From an uncultured Pseudomonadales bacterium (lineage in GTDB: Bacteria; Pseudomonadota; Gammaproteobacteria; Pseudomonadales; UBA7434): 64,000 nt of DNA. Within the stretch, counting starts at the first letter, position 1. Each line of letters opens with the position of its first letter. The notes below the pieces were generated by a model. It made no database searches and was not told the DNA's origin. It saw nothing but the letters and a program-made list of their open reading frames with translations. Below, one piece after another: positions 21,964 to 31,719 of this stretch. Location of the stretch: NCBI GenBank assembly GCA_964504585.1, contig CAZDEW010000004.1, positions 4,052 to 68,051 on the forward strand, given 5' to 3'. A program made the position numbers and the translations under genes.

Positions 21964-23673
21964 CACTGAGAACGATCCTCCTCCGCCACCACCGCCGGAG
22001 GATCCTGAGCTGCTAGCGCCCGAAGATGAACCGCCATCAGAGGCTTGACTGTCACTAGGCGTGCCCGGATCGCCCAGCACGAGCTCACCAAAATCAAGAT
22101 ATTCCGTTACCAGCACATTGTTGGATGGCAGCATTTCGACGCCATCGCCTCCGATGGCGTTGACCGACTGAGTGTACTCAAAGCTACTGGCATTATTGAC
22201 GACAGTCGCTGTAATCGTTAGCGTCTCCGCGGACGAGGCATTGGGAATCTGGCAGGAAAAATTGTCGCTGAATACGGTACAGGATCCTGAGCTAACGCTC
22301 ACGGCGTCGAACTGTCCCGTCGAGGGATCGGTGATGATCCCATCAACGCCAAGCGTGACAATGCCCGCACTACCACCACCCCGCAAAACATTATATTCAG
22401 CACTAAACGATTGCTCGTAGGGCACCGTCACAGGATTAGCTGCCTCGGCGACCAAACTGCTGTCGATGGGAAAGTCCAGGCACTGGGAGCGCACCGAGGA
22501 TGCGAGCACATCGGTCATCGTTTGCCGTATTACTGATGAAGAACAAGCAGAGAACTCTGTGATTGACCCTGCGCTCCCGCCAATGCTTGGAGTCATCACA
22601 TGGGTGTTAGCAGAGCATCCGTTTGCGACTGGGTCATCATGCTCTGCGCCGAGGTTGTGGCCTATTTCGTGCGCCATCACTAAACTGACAAAAAATGCAT
22701 CGCCTGCATCCGTCACGCCGGTATTCAAGCCAAACGTATCGCAAAAAACATCGAGGTAGGCGATACCAACCACATTGCTGCTGCCACCCGGCACGATGAC
22801 AGGCGGGAAATTTCTCCCAGTAACAAAGTGAAAAATCGAGCGCGGGCTCTGTATGAAGTCAAGCTCGCCGCGGTTCCGCGCCAGTCGCAGAGAATCCAAA
22901 AGCCCAGCCGCCGTGTTCTCGCCAGCAAAGGGCGCGTCCTGAGCGGCATCCAGAAAAGTCATAGAGACACTACTTAAACGGTAATTGAAGCTTTGCTCAA
23001 AAAACAGCTCCAGTTCGTTTAACTCTCGTGTCGCTCGGTCTAAGACAGTCTCGCCCGCAGAGAATATAGCTTGATAACTTTGATCGTAGGCGAGCTCAAG
23101 TTCAGGCAACAGACAAACGCCGTCGACCGGTTCGGGACAATCAGCGGACACCATTGCGCTCGACACTGAAGCAGCGATTGGAGAAAAAGAGACATTACTA
23201 GCAGCGCTATCGAACACACTGCTTACATGGCCAGGTGCCTGGCAAAGTTGCTGATCTTCTGCCGGAGTCTCAATCAGTTCGGCCTGAAAAAGCAGTTGCT
23301 CACCAGCCACCGGTCGGTACTCATCAATTCTGTAGATAAGCCCACCAAATACCACAACACCCCGCCAGTGCCCATTCGCCTCAGAAATTCTTACGGCGCT
23401 GTCGGCAAATCCATCAATGCTCCCGTGAAAGTGCGTCGCATTTTCAGCGTGCGAAACGACTGACGAAGATCCGTTAACAATTTTTTTCGCCAGGCTGGCG
23501 TTGACTTTGATCGAGGCCTGATAAACCACGCCGTCAAGTTGAATCTCGACGGACTCCGTGCCCGACTCGGCTGAGGCAACTGCAGCGGTCCACAGCAGAA
23601 GTACCGCAGAGAACCACGCTAGCAAATCGTTGAATTTAGGTCTGGCCTTGAAGCGGGCCCTGGGGGAGTACAC
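21901..23673 (-). CDS. secreted zinc metalloprotease (metzincin/reprolysin-like) with GlyGly-CTERM-like sorting tail
   Basis: 590 aa with a signal peptide (LLAWFSAVLLLWTAAVASA) and the zinc site HEIGHNLGAEHD (22636-22671). The C-terminus has a Ser/Gly-rich linker followed by GGGGGGGSFSVLSLASLIVAFTCRRYRKARH. Confidence 0.8.
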   Translation of the reverse strand: MYSPRARFKARPKFNDLLAWFSAVLLLWTAAVASAESGTESVEIQLDGVVYQASIKVNASLAKKIVNGSSSVVSHAENATHFHGSIDGFADSAVRISEANGHWRGVVVFGGLIYRIDEYRPVAGEQLLFQAELIETPAEDQQLCQAPGHVSSVFDSAASNVSFSPIAASVSSAMVSADCPEPVDGVCLLPELELAYDQSYQAIFSAGETVLDRATRELNELELFFEQSFNYRLSSVSMTFLDAAQDAPFAGENTAAGLLDSLRLARNRGELDFIQSPRSIFHFVTGRNFPPVIVPGGSSNVVGIAYLDVFCDTFGLNTGVTDAGDAFFVSLVMAHEIGHNLGAEHDDPVANGCSANTHVMTPSIGGSAGSITEFSACSSSVIRQTMTDVLASSVRSQCLDFPIDSSLVAEAANPVTVPYEQSFSAEYNVLRGGGSAGIVTLGVDGIITDPSTGQFDAVSVSSGSCTVFSDNFSCQIPNASSAETLTITATVVNNASSFEYTQSVNAIGGDGVEMLPSNNVLVTEYLDFGELVLGDPGTPSDSQASDGGSSSGASSSGSSGGGGGGGSFSVLSLASLIVAFTCRRYRKARH

Positions 23674-24113
23674 GCGGGTCTACCATTTGAGTGATGTCCA
23701 TTGATCAAGTCTAGATAGAGATGAATAGCGAAGCCTTGTTTTCCCACCAGTTATCACCATCAAATTGAACCAGTCGACTTTTCAGTGATTACAACGAGCC
23801 GAGAGCAATAAACCCCTCCCCTCAATCTGACAATTTATCCGGTTTTTTTGCTTGCCACGGCCAAAAGTGTTTAATCGATAATCGATGCGAGGCTAGGGCA
23901 AGTCGCTCGAAACACGCACGAGGCAGGGCTTCGACCCTGCGACACGCTTCACTCACTGCATAAAAACGGGCCTCAACTGCGCTTATGTTTGTTACTAGTA
24001 GCCCCTAAAAAACACAACTATATGCCGTAGAAAGCGGGTGCATAGACAAATTACAGACTGAATATGGTTTAAAATTAGCCTAACAAAAGCATCTAATTTT
24101 AGTCCTGCAGACA

Positions 24114-24680
24114 GTGAACAAAGCGCTTTTCCTAGACCGGGACGGTGTAATCAATGAAGATCGTGGTTACGTCGTAAAACGCAAAGACTTCGTTTTTATC
24201 GAAGGTATTTTTGAACTGTGCCAGACTGCAAAGCTCAAAGACTATCTGTGCATCGTGGTTACCAACCAATCCGGCATAGGTCGGGGTCTCTACGACGAAA
24301 GTGATTTTCATGTGCTTACCGACTGGATGCAGGAGCAGTTTGATCAAAGCAGCGCAGGCCTGGACGCCGTGTATTTCTGCCCTGATCATCCAACTGAGGG
24401 AAAAGGGAAATATAAAGTCGATACGGAGCGTCGCAAGCCTGGGCCCGGCATGATACTGGAAGCTGCTGCAGACTTTGATTTGTCTCTGGCGGAATCGATA
24501 CTGATTGGCGACAAGGAAACCGATATCGAGGCAGCGCATCGTGCGGGCGTTGGTACAACAGTGAGACTCATGCGCGGCGAACACTCAGCTCAGTCCGCCG
24601 ATGCAACGGCAAGCAACTCAACGGAAACGAAAGCAACGGCAACTATAGTCAATCTGCGTAGCGCCATAGATTTACTCTAA
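24114..24680 (+). CDS. gmhB: D-glycero-D-manno-heptose 1,7-bisphosphate phosphatase
   Basis: HAD motifs FLDRDGVIN, VVTNQSG and GDKETDIEAA. Context is gmhA and hldE. The start is GTG. Confidence 0.85.
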   Translation: MNKALFLDRDGVINEDRGYVVKRKDFVFIEGIFELCQTAKLKDYLCIVVTNQSGIGRGLYDESDFHVLTDWMQEQFDQSSAGLDAVYFCPDHPTEGKGKYKVDTERRKPGPGMILEAAADFDLSLAESILIGDKETDIEAAHRAGVGTTVRLMRGEHSAQSADATASNSTETKATATIVNLRSAIDLL

Positions 24681-24735
24681 GCAGCACCCTTGCTGCTCTT
24701 AGGCAAGAGATTACCTTTATCGTAAAATACACGCC

Positions 24736-25311
24736 ATGATCGATCAAATTAGCAAACAAATATCTCGCTCAATCGAAACCAAAGAAAAGCTTTTACAAGA
24801 TAGTGAAATTCTCGAAGCTGTCGCGGAGCTAGTCAGCTGTTGTCTGGATGCGTTGAAGAGCGGTGGGAAAATAATTTTTTGTGGCAATGGCGGCAGCTTC
24901 GCTGACGCACAGCATCTGTCAGCTGAGTTTACCGCGCGCTTTCTGTTCGACCGAGCTCCGCTCGCCTCCATCGCTCTGGGCACAAACAGCTCGACCATTT
25001 CGGCGATCAGCAATGATTATGGTTATGAGCACGTATTTTCAAGAGAGCTGGAAAGTATCGGTAAAGCAAACGACGTCTTTATCGGGATCAGCACCAGTGG
25101 CAATAGCCCCAATGTATTGGCCGCGATGGAGATCGCGAACAAACTGGAGATGAATGCCGTCTCACTCACAGGTAGCACCGGTGGCAAGCTTGCTGCAATG
25201 GGCCGCTGCATACGAATTCCGTCAGACGACACGGCAAGAATACAGGAATGTCACATCTTGCTGGGCCACATCGTCTGTGAGCTTGTCGAGCACAAGTACT
25301 TTCGCGAATAA
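24736..25311 (+). CDS. gmhA: phosphoheptose isomerase (SIS domain)
   Basis: CGNGGSFADAQHLSAEF and GISTSGNSPNV motifs. Confidence 0.9.
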   Translation: MIDQISKQISRSIETKEKLLQDSEILEAVAELVSCCLDALKSGGKIIFCGNGGSFADAQHLSAEFTARFLFDRAPLASIALGTNSSTISAISNDYGYEHVFSRELESIGKANDVFIGISTSGNSPNVLAAMEIANKLEMNAVSLTGSTGGKLAAMGRCIRIPSDDTARIQECHILLGHIVCELVEHKYFRE

Positions 25312-25338
25312 ACTTGGCAATCTGATCCGGTCACTTTT

Positions 25339-27108
25339 GTGAGTCAGCAACTTACCAACATCACGCGCGCAAAGGGCAATCTCGACGAGGGACCATCCAA
25401 CGTCAGGCCGACTCTGCGGAAAATTTTACAACACCTGTACCCGCAGTCTTTTTTTCTTGGCCTTTCTATCGCCGGCTTCGCCATCTATGCGGTTACCCAG
25501 CCACTCTCTGCGGTTCTTATTGAGTGGCTGATTAAAACACTGGATGGCGAATGGCAGGAAGGCGTGGTCCTGCTCCCGCTTGCCTTTATAGCAGTTGCGG
25601 TGGTGCGTGGTGTCGGCACCTATATGGGTAGCTACTACATTTCGAAAGTATCACAGAGAATGATTGAGAGCATTCGAAAAGACCTGTTCAATAAAATCAT
25701 TCACCTACCCCTGGCAACGTTTGATCAGGCCAAAAGCGGTCGCTTTGTATCGCTGTTTACCTACAATTCTAATTTGATGGCTAACAACGTGGCGAAGTCG
25801 GTAACAGTCGTTGCACAGGAAGGCCTTACTGTCATCGCCCTACTGGCTTATCTTTTCTGGTCAAGCTGGCAGTTAACGCTAGTCTTTCTCCTTATCGTCC
25901 CACCAATCGCCCTGATCGTTAATTACGTCGGCAAGGTGATTCAGTCTTTAAGCAAAGACATACAGAACTCGATGGCCGAGCTAAACAGTACGGTCACGCA
26001 GTCTTTTTCCGGCATAAGACTTATAAAAACGTCTTCGGGTGAAGAACAAACCAAGAAACACTTCGGCAGCATAGCATCTGAAACAAGAAAGCTTGCCCTG
26101 CGCATTAGCAAAGTCAACTCTATTTATACCCCTTCGATGCAGATCCTGATTGCCTGCGCTATGGCGGTACTGGTCGTGCTAGTAATCCGCTTCCACGGCG
26201 AAATGGAAACAGCTGCGTTGATCGCCTATGTGACGGCTGCAGCCTTACTATCAAAGCCCATTCGCTCGCTCAGCAAAGTTCATGTCAATTTGACCAGAGC
26301 CGTGGTCGCTGCGAATGAAGTTTTTGCGTTTATGGAGCTTCCCCCGGAAAAGAATAGTGGAACAGTAATAGCCGATAATATTCAAGGGAATATTGAGTTT
26401 CGCAATGTAGTCCACCGCTATGCCGATGACGGCGAACCCATCTTGAACGACCTCAGCTTCACAATTGGGAGTGGCGAGACCATCGCTTTGGTGGGTCACT
26501 CTGGCGGAGGCAAATCAACCATCGCCAACCTTGTACCGCGGTTTTACAGCCTCGAGTCCGGCGAAATCTTGATTGATAACATCAATATTGAAGAGTACGA
26601 GCTATCTTCGCTGCGGAATCAAATTGCGCTCGTACCGCAAGAGGTGCATCTCTTCAATGCGAGCATTAAAGAAAACATTGGCTACGGCATAGAAGCAGAC
26701 CACGACGATATTGTTGCTGCTGCAAAGAAAGCCAACGCTCATGAGTTTATAAACGACCTCAAAGGCGGCTATGATGCAAGAGTTGGCGATAACGGCGTGT
26801 TGCTGTCGGGCGGTCAGCGACAACGTCTGGCCATTGCGCGAGCCATACTTAGAGACGCGAAAATACTTATACTGGACGAGGCTACTTCGGCGCTCGATAA
26901 CAACTCTGAGCGATTAGTACAGAGCGCACTCGAGGAGCTGCAGTCTGATATAACGACCATAATAATTGCCCACCGGTTAAGTACAATTGAAAGCGCGGAT
27001 CGGATTATTGTTCTTTCGAAAGGAAAAATAGCAGAGCAGGGCGATCATGCCTCTTTAATGGCGATTGACGGATTTTACGCAAGCCTGTTAAAAATGAGTG
27101 CTGACTGA
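25339..27108 (+). CDS. msbA: lipid A export ABC transporter/flippase MsbA
   Basis: 589 aa with an N-terminal 6-TM domain. Motifs are Walker A GHSGGGKST, signature LSGGQRQR and Walker B ILILDEATS. It sits in an LPS context. Confidence 0.88.
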   Translation: MSQQLTNITRAKGNLDEGPSNVRPTLRKILQHLYPQSFFLGLSIAGFAIYAVTQPLSAVLIEWLIKTLDGEWQEGVVLLPLAFIAVAVVRGVGTYMGSYYISKVSQRMIESIRKDLFNKIIHLPLATFDQAKSGRFVSLFTYNSNLMANNVAKSVTVVAQEGLTVIALLAYLFWSSWQLTLVFLLIVPPIALIVNYVGKVIQSLSKDIQNSMAELNSTVTQSFSGIRLIKTSSGEEQTKKHFGSIASETRKLALRISKVNSIYTPSMQILIACAMAVLVVLVIRFHGEMETAALIAYVTAAALLSKPIRSLSKVHVNLTRAVVAANEVFAFMELPPEKNSGTVIADNIQGNIEFRNVVHRYADDGEPILNDLSFTIGSGETIALVGHSGGGKSTIANLVPRFYSLESGEILIDNINIEEYELSSLRNQIALVPQEVHLFNASIKENIGYGIEADHDDIVAAAKKANAHEFINDLKGGYDARVGDNGVLLSGGQRQRLAIARAILRDAKILILDEATSALDNNSERLVQSALEELQSDITTIIIAHRLSTIESADRIIVLSKGKIAEQGDHASLMAIDGFYASLLKMSAD

Positions 27109-27126
27109 GCCAATCAAACCGTAACC

Positions 27127-27165
27127 GCTCCAAATCGACGCTCCAAATCGACGCTCGTAATCTAA
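27127..27165. repeat. 13-bp direct tandem repeat, CGCTCCAAATCGA x2 plus a degenerate third copy (CGCTCGTAATCTA)
   Basis: Read directly in the msbA/LicD-like convergent intergenic region. Confidence 0.85.
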
Positions 27166-27284
27166 CCTAGTCAGCTTCTTTTAAACCAAAGTCACAAAGT
27201 TAAAAACTTCGGTTTGCGCGCAAGTTAGGATTTGGAGTTATTGCTTAAGCGGAGGTAAAGCAAGCTAGGTACCGATTGAATTCG

Positions 27285-28157
27285 CTAAGACACAGAATCC
27301 AGTCGCGGCGCTACGGCTTCATAAGGTGCCGCATATAGCAAGCCATCGCTAATGAAATAAATCCAGTTCGAATTGGGCGTTTGCCAGTCGCTGCCATAAC
27401 GCAAGGCTAGGTATTCAGACGATCTCTCGGGTACGTTCACTGTGCACCCCAGAAAACTGTGCGACTTTACCGAGTTGAAATATTTTGCAGGTACAACCCA
27501 GGTATAGGATGCCCAGTGGCGCCGAGCATCTGGATGACTCACAACATCGAAACGGTCAGCCTCTCGACGCGTTGGAATCGCACGAAACCTACGGCGCGCC
27601 CATGCTTTATAGTAGGCACGGTAGAGAAACCGAGCAACTTTGTTATTAAAAAATCGAATGCTCCCCTCTCCCGCGACAGATGCAAGCTTGGAAACGGAAA
27701 GATCGTTTAGATCCAACGCACCCTCTCGCTCAAGCAGCTTATCGGTATGCTTTCTGGCAGCCTCGACATACCAGGTCCCATGGGGCCAAAAGATTGATCG
27801 AGCGAACTTTACTATTTGGGGGGAGCACCAAAAATCACCGTGGCGATAGTAGCAGTGAGCATGAATATCTAAAGAGGGGCGCTTGTCGGCCCATTCCAAA
27901 TTCACGCCTTGCAGCTTGCCCTTATACAACTTCTTCTTAACCAGAATGTCTCGCTCAAGACATTTCTGCTCAAGCATGGCGACACGCTGCTCGTCACAGC
28001 GCAATATACCAAGATCGATATCGCTATCATGAGACAGCAGATCACCACCGCGAATTATACCCAGCAACGTCCCGCTATCGGCAAAACACTCAACATTGCA
28101 TTCGGCCATTATCTGGCTAACAACATTAAGCAACTCTCTGGAGTTCTCAATAGACAC
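27285..28157 (-). CDS. LicD-family phospho(no)transferase (nucleotidyltransferase-fold)
   Basis: 290 aa. The N-terminal pattern CFADSGTLLGIIRGGDLLSHDSDIDLGIL matches the LicD signature (GTLLG..R......D.D.D). It is the last gene of the phosphonate operon, 9 nt after the ADH stop. Confidence 0.7.
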   Translation of the reverse strand: MSIENSRELLNVVSQIMAECNVECFADSGTLLGIIRGGDLLSHDSDIDLGILRCDEQRVAMLEQKCLERDILVKKKLYKGKLQGVNLEWADKRPSLDIHAHCYYRHGDFWCSPQIVKFARSIFWPHGTWYVEAARKHTDKLLEREGALDLNDLSVSKLASVAGEGSIRFFNNKVARFLYRAYYKAWARRRFRAIPTRREADRFDVVSHPDARRHWASYTWVVPAKYFNSVKSHSFLGCTVNVPERSSEYLALRYGSDWQTPNSNWIYFISDGLLYAAPYEAVAPRLDSVS

Positions 28158-28166
28158 TAAACATCC

Positions 28167-29285
28167 TCATCCGCTGAATACATAGTCGATATCTGCTGGT
28201 GTCAGCCTGACGGGATTGTTCCCTAAACGCTGCTGATTAACTGAAGCAATCACCTCATCCAAATCGTAATCGATGCCCGAAAGATCTTGCGTTGTGCCCA
28301 GCTGGCTGATGAGGTCCGCAAGCCAATCAGAGGCTTTCGCATCACCCAAACCAAGTAGCTCGCGCAATTCCCGCATCAGCTCACGAAATCTCTCAGCCCC
28401 CATAGGGTGGGTAATTTGCTCATCAGGAGCTTGCTCATGCACATCAAAAATTCGAGGCAAGGTAAGACCTACAGCAGCGCCATGAGAAACATCATGAAAG
28501 TAAGTGAAATAATAAGAATAAGCATGCGCGGCTGTGGTCTTGCTGATATCAATAGCCCTTCCGGCAAGATTGGCCGCCTCGAGCAAGGACTGTAGGTCTT
28601 GCGGCAACATTGTGTCGATAGACTGTGGTAACAAGAAAGAAAGTTTCTCTATCGCGCTCCGAGCGAAGCCCCGGCTTTCATCAGTCGCCCCATTAGACCA
28701 GAAAGATTCAACAGCCTGGGCCAACGCATCAATCGCGCAAGAAGCGCGCTGTGGGAGTGAGCAGGTCTCGATAAAACGCCCATCCAAAAAAGCCATTGAA
28801 GGACGCAAGATCTGAGAGGCGAGAGAGAATTTTCGGGAGCCCTGGTAGACTACAGCAAAATGGGTAGATTCACTCCCTGAGCCAGCAGTGGTGGGAACAG
28901 CCAGCACCGGGCATAACACGGAATCTATTTGAATTTCTCCCCGCAAGCAGGGTTCAATCTGGCTGTCTTCAAGCGGTGCAAAGCCTGTCATTGCTTTGGC
29001 GAGATCCAGAATCCTTCCACCACCTATCGCAATCACTTGCTGTGGCTTGAAAGCACGAAGCTTAGGCAGCGCCGCACGCACTTCATCAAGTTGCGGCAGC
29101 GAAGAGCTCGACGACACGAGCTCCACTTCAAAGTGCGTGGATAAATCCTCTAGAAGCGTGGAAATTGCCTGACTCTGCGAGGAAGAGGCGCCGACAACGA
29201 TCGCAACGCGACGAATCGCCGAAGCGGAAAGATGCTCTGGAATCTCCGCCGCGCATCCATAGTGACTGAGAATTTGCTGAGCCAT
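28167..29285 (-). CDS. group III iron-dependent alcohol dehydrogenase, probable phosphonoacetaldehyde reductase
   Basis: 372 aa with GGGRILDLAK, PTTAGSGSE and the His cluster HAYSYYFTYFHDVSHG. It lies immediately downstream of PepM and Ppd. The fold is confident; the substrate is inferred from context. Confidence 0.75.
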   Translation of the reverse strand: MAQQILSHYGCAAEIPEHLSASAIRRVAIVVGASSSQSQAISTLLEDLSTHFEVELVSSSSSLPQLDEVRAALPKLRAFKPQQVIAIGGGRILDLAKAMTGFAPLEDSQIEPCLRGEIQIDSVLCPVLAVPTTAGSGSESTHFAVVYQGSRKFSLASQILRPSMAFLDGRFIETCSLPQRASCAIDALAQAVESFWSNGATDESRGFARSAIEKLSFLLPQSIDTMLPQDLQSLLEAANLAGRAIDISKTTAAHAYSYYFTYFHDVSHGAAVGLTLPRIFDVHEQAPDEQITHPMGAERFRELMRELRELLGLGDAKASDWLADLISQLGTTQDLSGIDYDLDEVIASVNQQRLGNNPVRLTPADIDYVFSG

Positions 29286-29298
29286 AAAGTGTGCCGAA

Positions 29299-30414
29299 TC
29301 AACTACCCATGAATCGTGGTTTCAGTGAAGTCATCGCTTCTTTCGGGCGCCCTATTCCTTCCCGGTTTCCTGGGTTCACCAGAATCTCGACAAAAGACGT
29401 CCCTGAACTTTCGCGGGCCTCGGTTACCGCCTGTTCAATCTCCACAGCACTTGAAACGCGACGGGAGAAACTATAGCCGCACATTTTAGCAAACTCCGTA
29501 AAATCAAAATCAGGACCGACGGTCTCCTGACCTCCAACAGAGTCGTGCACACCATTATTGAATAAAATATGCACAAACCCTGCGGGCGCCTGCTTTCCGA
29601 TTGCCACCAGCGAACCCAGGTGCATCAACGCAGCCCCGTCGCCATCCAAACACACCACAGGCGCCCCGTCGAGCGAGGCCGCTACACCAAGCGCGATGGT
29701 GGAAGCGTGGCCCATACCACCCACGGTCATAAAAGCACGAACATCGAGCAACTGATTGGTATTTTCATAGAGTTCTCGCGAAAGCATGCCGGTTGTTGAA
29801 ACGATCCTCACTTTCGGATCAATGGCTCCAAGCGCCACCCGCAAAGCCTCTTCCCGCGACATCAATGTCTCAGAGAGGCAGCGCTTAGGTTCGATCTGGC
29901 TCTTTAGCGAACCCTTAGGTACCAGAATCGCCACGGGGGTGGACTGAGATTTTGCAACATCGACAAGCTCATCAACCATATCATCGATTTCCCCATCGTC
30001 AGAGCAAACTACTCGATATGGGATGTCAAGACTGTCCAGAATAGACTCGGTAATTCGCCCCTGATGAACGTGCTGTGGCTCATCTTTCGTACCCGGCATT
30101 GCACGCCACCCAATGATCAAGACCATCGGAATTGAGTACACTTCCGGGCTAGCAAGCGATACAAGCGGATTGATCGCGTTACCCAGTCCGGAGTTTTGCA
30201 TGTATACCGCTGAAATCTCTCCAGTTGCAAGATTGTGTCCGATTGCATGAGCCACGGCACCCCCTTCGTTTGCAGCGACAACATGCCTATCCTCGCCGAA
30301 AACTTCGGCAGCCGTGACGCAAAAGCCCGACAACACGGAATCTGGCACCCCGACCAGCCTGGTAACGCCTCTCGAAAGCAGGCAGCTCGCGAGCTTCTCA
30401 CTCTCAATCGTCAT
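29299..30414 (-). CDS. ppd: phosphonopyruvate decarboxylase (ThDP-dependent)
   Basis: 371 aa with LVGVPDSVL, ANEGGAVAHAIG, YMQNSGLGNAINPL, GGMGHASTIALG and LDGDGAALMHLG. It starts 3 nt after the PepM stop. Confidence 0.85.
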   Translation of the reverse strand: MTIESEKLASCLLSRGVTRLVGVPDSVLSGFCVTAAEVFGEDRHVVAANEGGAVAHAIGHNLATGEISAVYMQNSGLGNAINPLVSLASPEVYSIPMVLIIGWRAMPGTKDEPQHVHQGRITESILDSLDIPYRVVCSDDGEIDDMVDELVDVAKSQSTPVAILVPKGSLKSQIEPKRCLSETLMSREEALRVALGAIDPKVRIVSTTGMLSRELYENTNQLLDVRAFMTVGGMGHASTIALGVAASLDGAPVVCLDGDGAALMHLGSLVAIGKQAPAGFVHILFNNGVHDSVGGQETVGPDFDFTEFAKMCGYSFSRRVSSAVEIEQAVTEARESSGTSFVEILVNPGNREGIGRPKEAMTSLKPRFMGS

Positions 30415-30417
30415 CTT

Positions 30418-31719
30418 TTATCTCGGCGGCAACAGTTTAAGGATCTGCGAGATTGACATGATCTCGCTATTGGCCTCGTGTGAACGCGTGTGCTCAAGTA
30501 TGCTCTCGGCTACGCTGACCATGGCGGGATAGGCCGCGCGCAACAGGTGATTCGCATAAATGACAATTGATACTCCCGCCTCACACAATTCGGCCTCAGT
30601 TACAGTGTTATAGCTAGAGGGTACTGCTATTAGCGGCTGCGTGTAGCCGCGCTTGCGGAATTCAGCGGCAAACTCCAGAACTTCCGCTGGATCCGATTTC
30701 GCACTGTGTATCATGACCCCATCAGCCCCGGCTTCAATGTAAGCCTCTGCGCGCTGCATGGCATCGTCTTGGCCTTTGTCGAGGATAAGGCTTTCGATCC
30801 GAGCAAAGAACATGAAATCGTGCCCTACCTGCGCACGCTTTGCAGCGCGAATTTTGTCGCAGAAGTCCTCTATAGAGGCCTGCTCCTGCTTTACTGTTGT
30901 GCCAAACAAAGAGTTTCGCTTGGGACCAACTTTATCCTCAAGTACAACAGCCGATACACCATGGCTCTCCAATTCGTAAACCAGAAACGGTATGTTGTCT
31001 ATGCTTCCGCCCGAATCGCCGTCATAAATAATTGGAATAGCAGTAACTTCACACATATCCCGAATCACTGACAATCTTGCACCAGTGTCTACAACTTCGA
31101 TATCGGGACGCCCCCGTGAAGTCGCGTCGGTGAGTGAGCTGCACCATAGCGCATCGAAGGCGCGCACTTCTTTGCCAACGGTATGTTTTGCAGTTCCAGC
31201 AACCAGAGCGCTTAGCCCGCTGTGTGCCTCGAGAACCCTTACAGTATCTTTCGCATCGAGCAGCCGGCGAAGAAGTCCGCGGCGAAAGTCCGCGGTAATA
31301 CCACGCTCGGAAATACTCTCAATCAGCTGCGTTGAGGAAACACCCGCTGTGTAGGGCACATCTACGACCTGACCGCCCCACTTACTGATAACGTCAATAA
31401 CGTTACGACGTGTATCAGCTTGCACCCCTTCCTTCCAGTCATCGCCGTGCACGACGAAATCAGGCTTCAGACTCTCGAGGTTTGCTGTGTAATCGAGCGT
31501 CTCTTGTGGGATGACCTGCGCTACTCCCTTGATGTTCTCGACGACCGTCTTCCGCTCCTCATAGGGCATAAGCGGCAACCGCTTGTACTGGGCAATGGCA
31601 CGGTCGGTAAGCAAGCCAACCGTCAGCTCACCCAGATCACGAGCATGTTTAATGATATTAATGTGCCCGTGATGCAGTACATCCGCACAAACACCCGCGT
31701 ATACCTTTGGTTTTGTCAT
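30418..31719 (-). CDS. bifunctional cytidylyltransferase / phosphoenolpyruvate mutase (Fom1-like fusion)
   Basis: The N-terminal ~135 aa is TagD/ECT-like ([41 protein letters not shown]). The C-terminal domain is a PEP mutase with the diagnostic [10 protein letters not shown] block (30910-30939). I prefer the ATG at 31719, preceded by GGAGAAACT, over the track start at 31770. Confidence 0.85.
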   Translation of the reverse strand: MTKPKVYAGVCADVLHHGHINIIKHARDLGELTVGLLTDRAIAQYKRLPLMPYEERKTVVENIKGVAQVIPQETLDYTANLESLKPDFVVHGDDWKEGVQADTRRNVIDVISKWGGQVVDVPYTAGVSSTQLIESISERGITADFRRGLLRRLLDAKDTVRVLEAHSGLSALVAGTAKHTVGKEVRAFDALWCSSLTDATSRGRPDIEVVDTGARLSVIRDMCEVTAIPIIYDGDSGGSIDNIPFLVYELESHGVSAVVLEDKVGPKRNSLFGTTVKQEQASIEDFCDKIRAAKRAQVGHDFMFFARIESLILDKGQDDAMQRAEAYIEAGADGVMIHSAKSDPAEVLEFAAEFRKRGYTQPLIAVPSSYNTVTEAELCEAGVSIVIYANHLLRAAYPAMVSVAESILEHTRSHEANSEIMSISQILKLLPPR

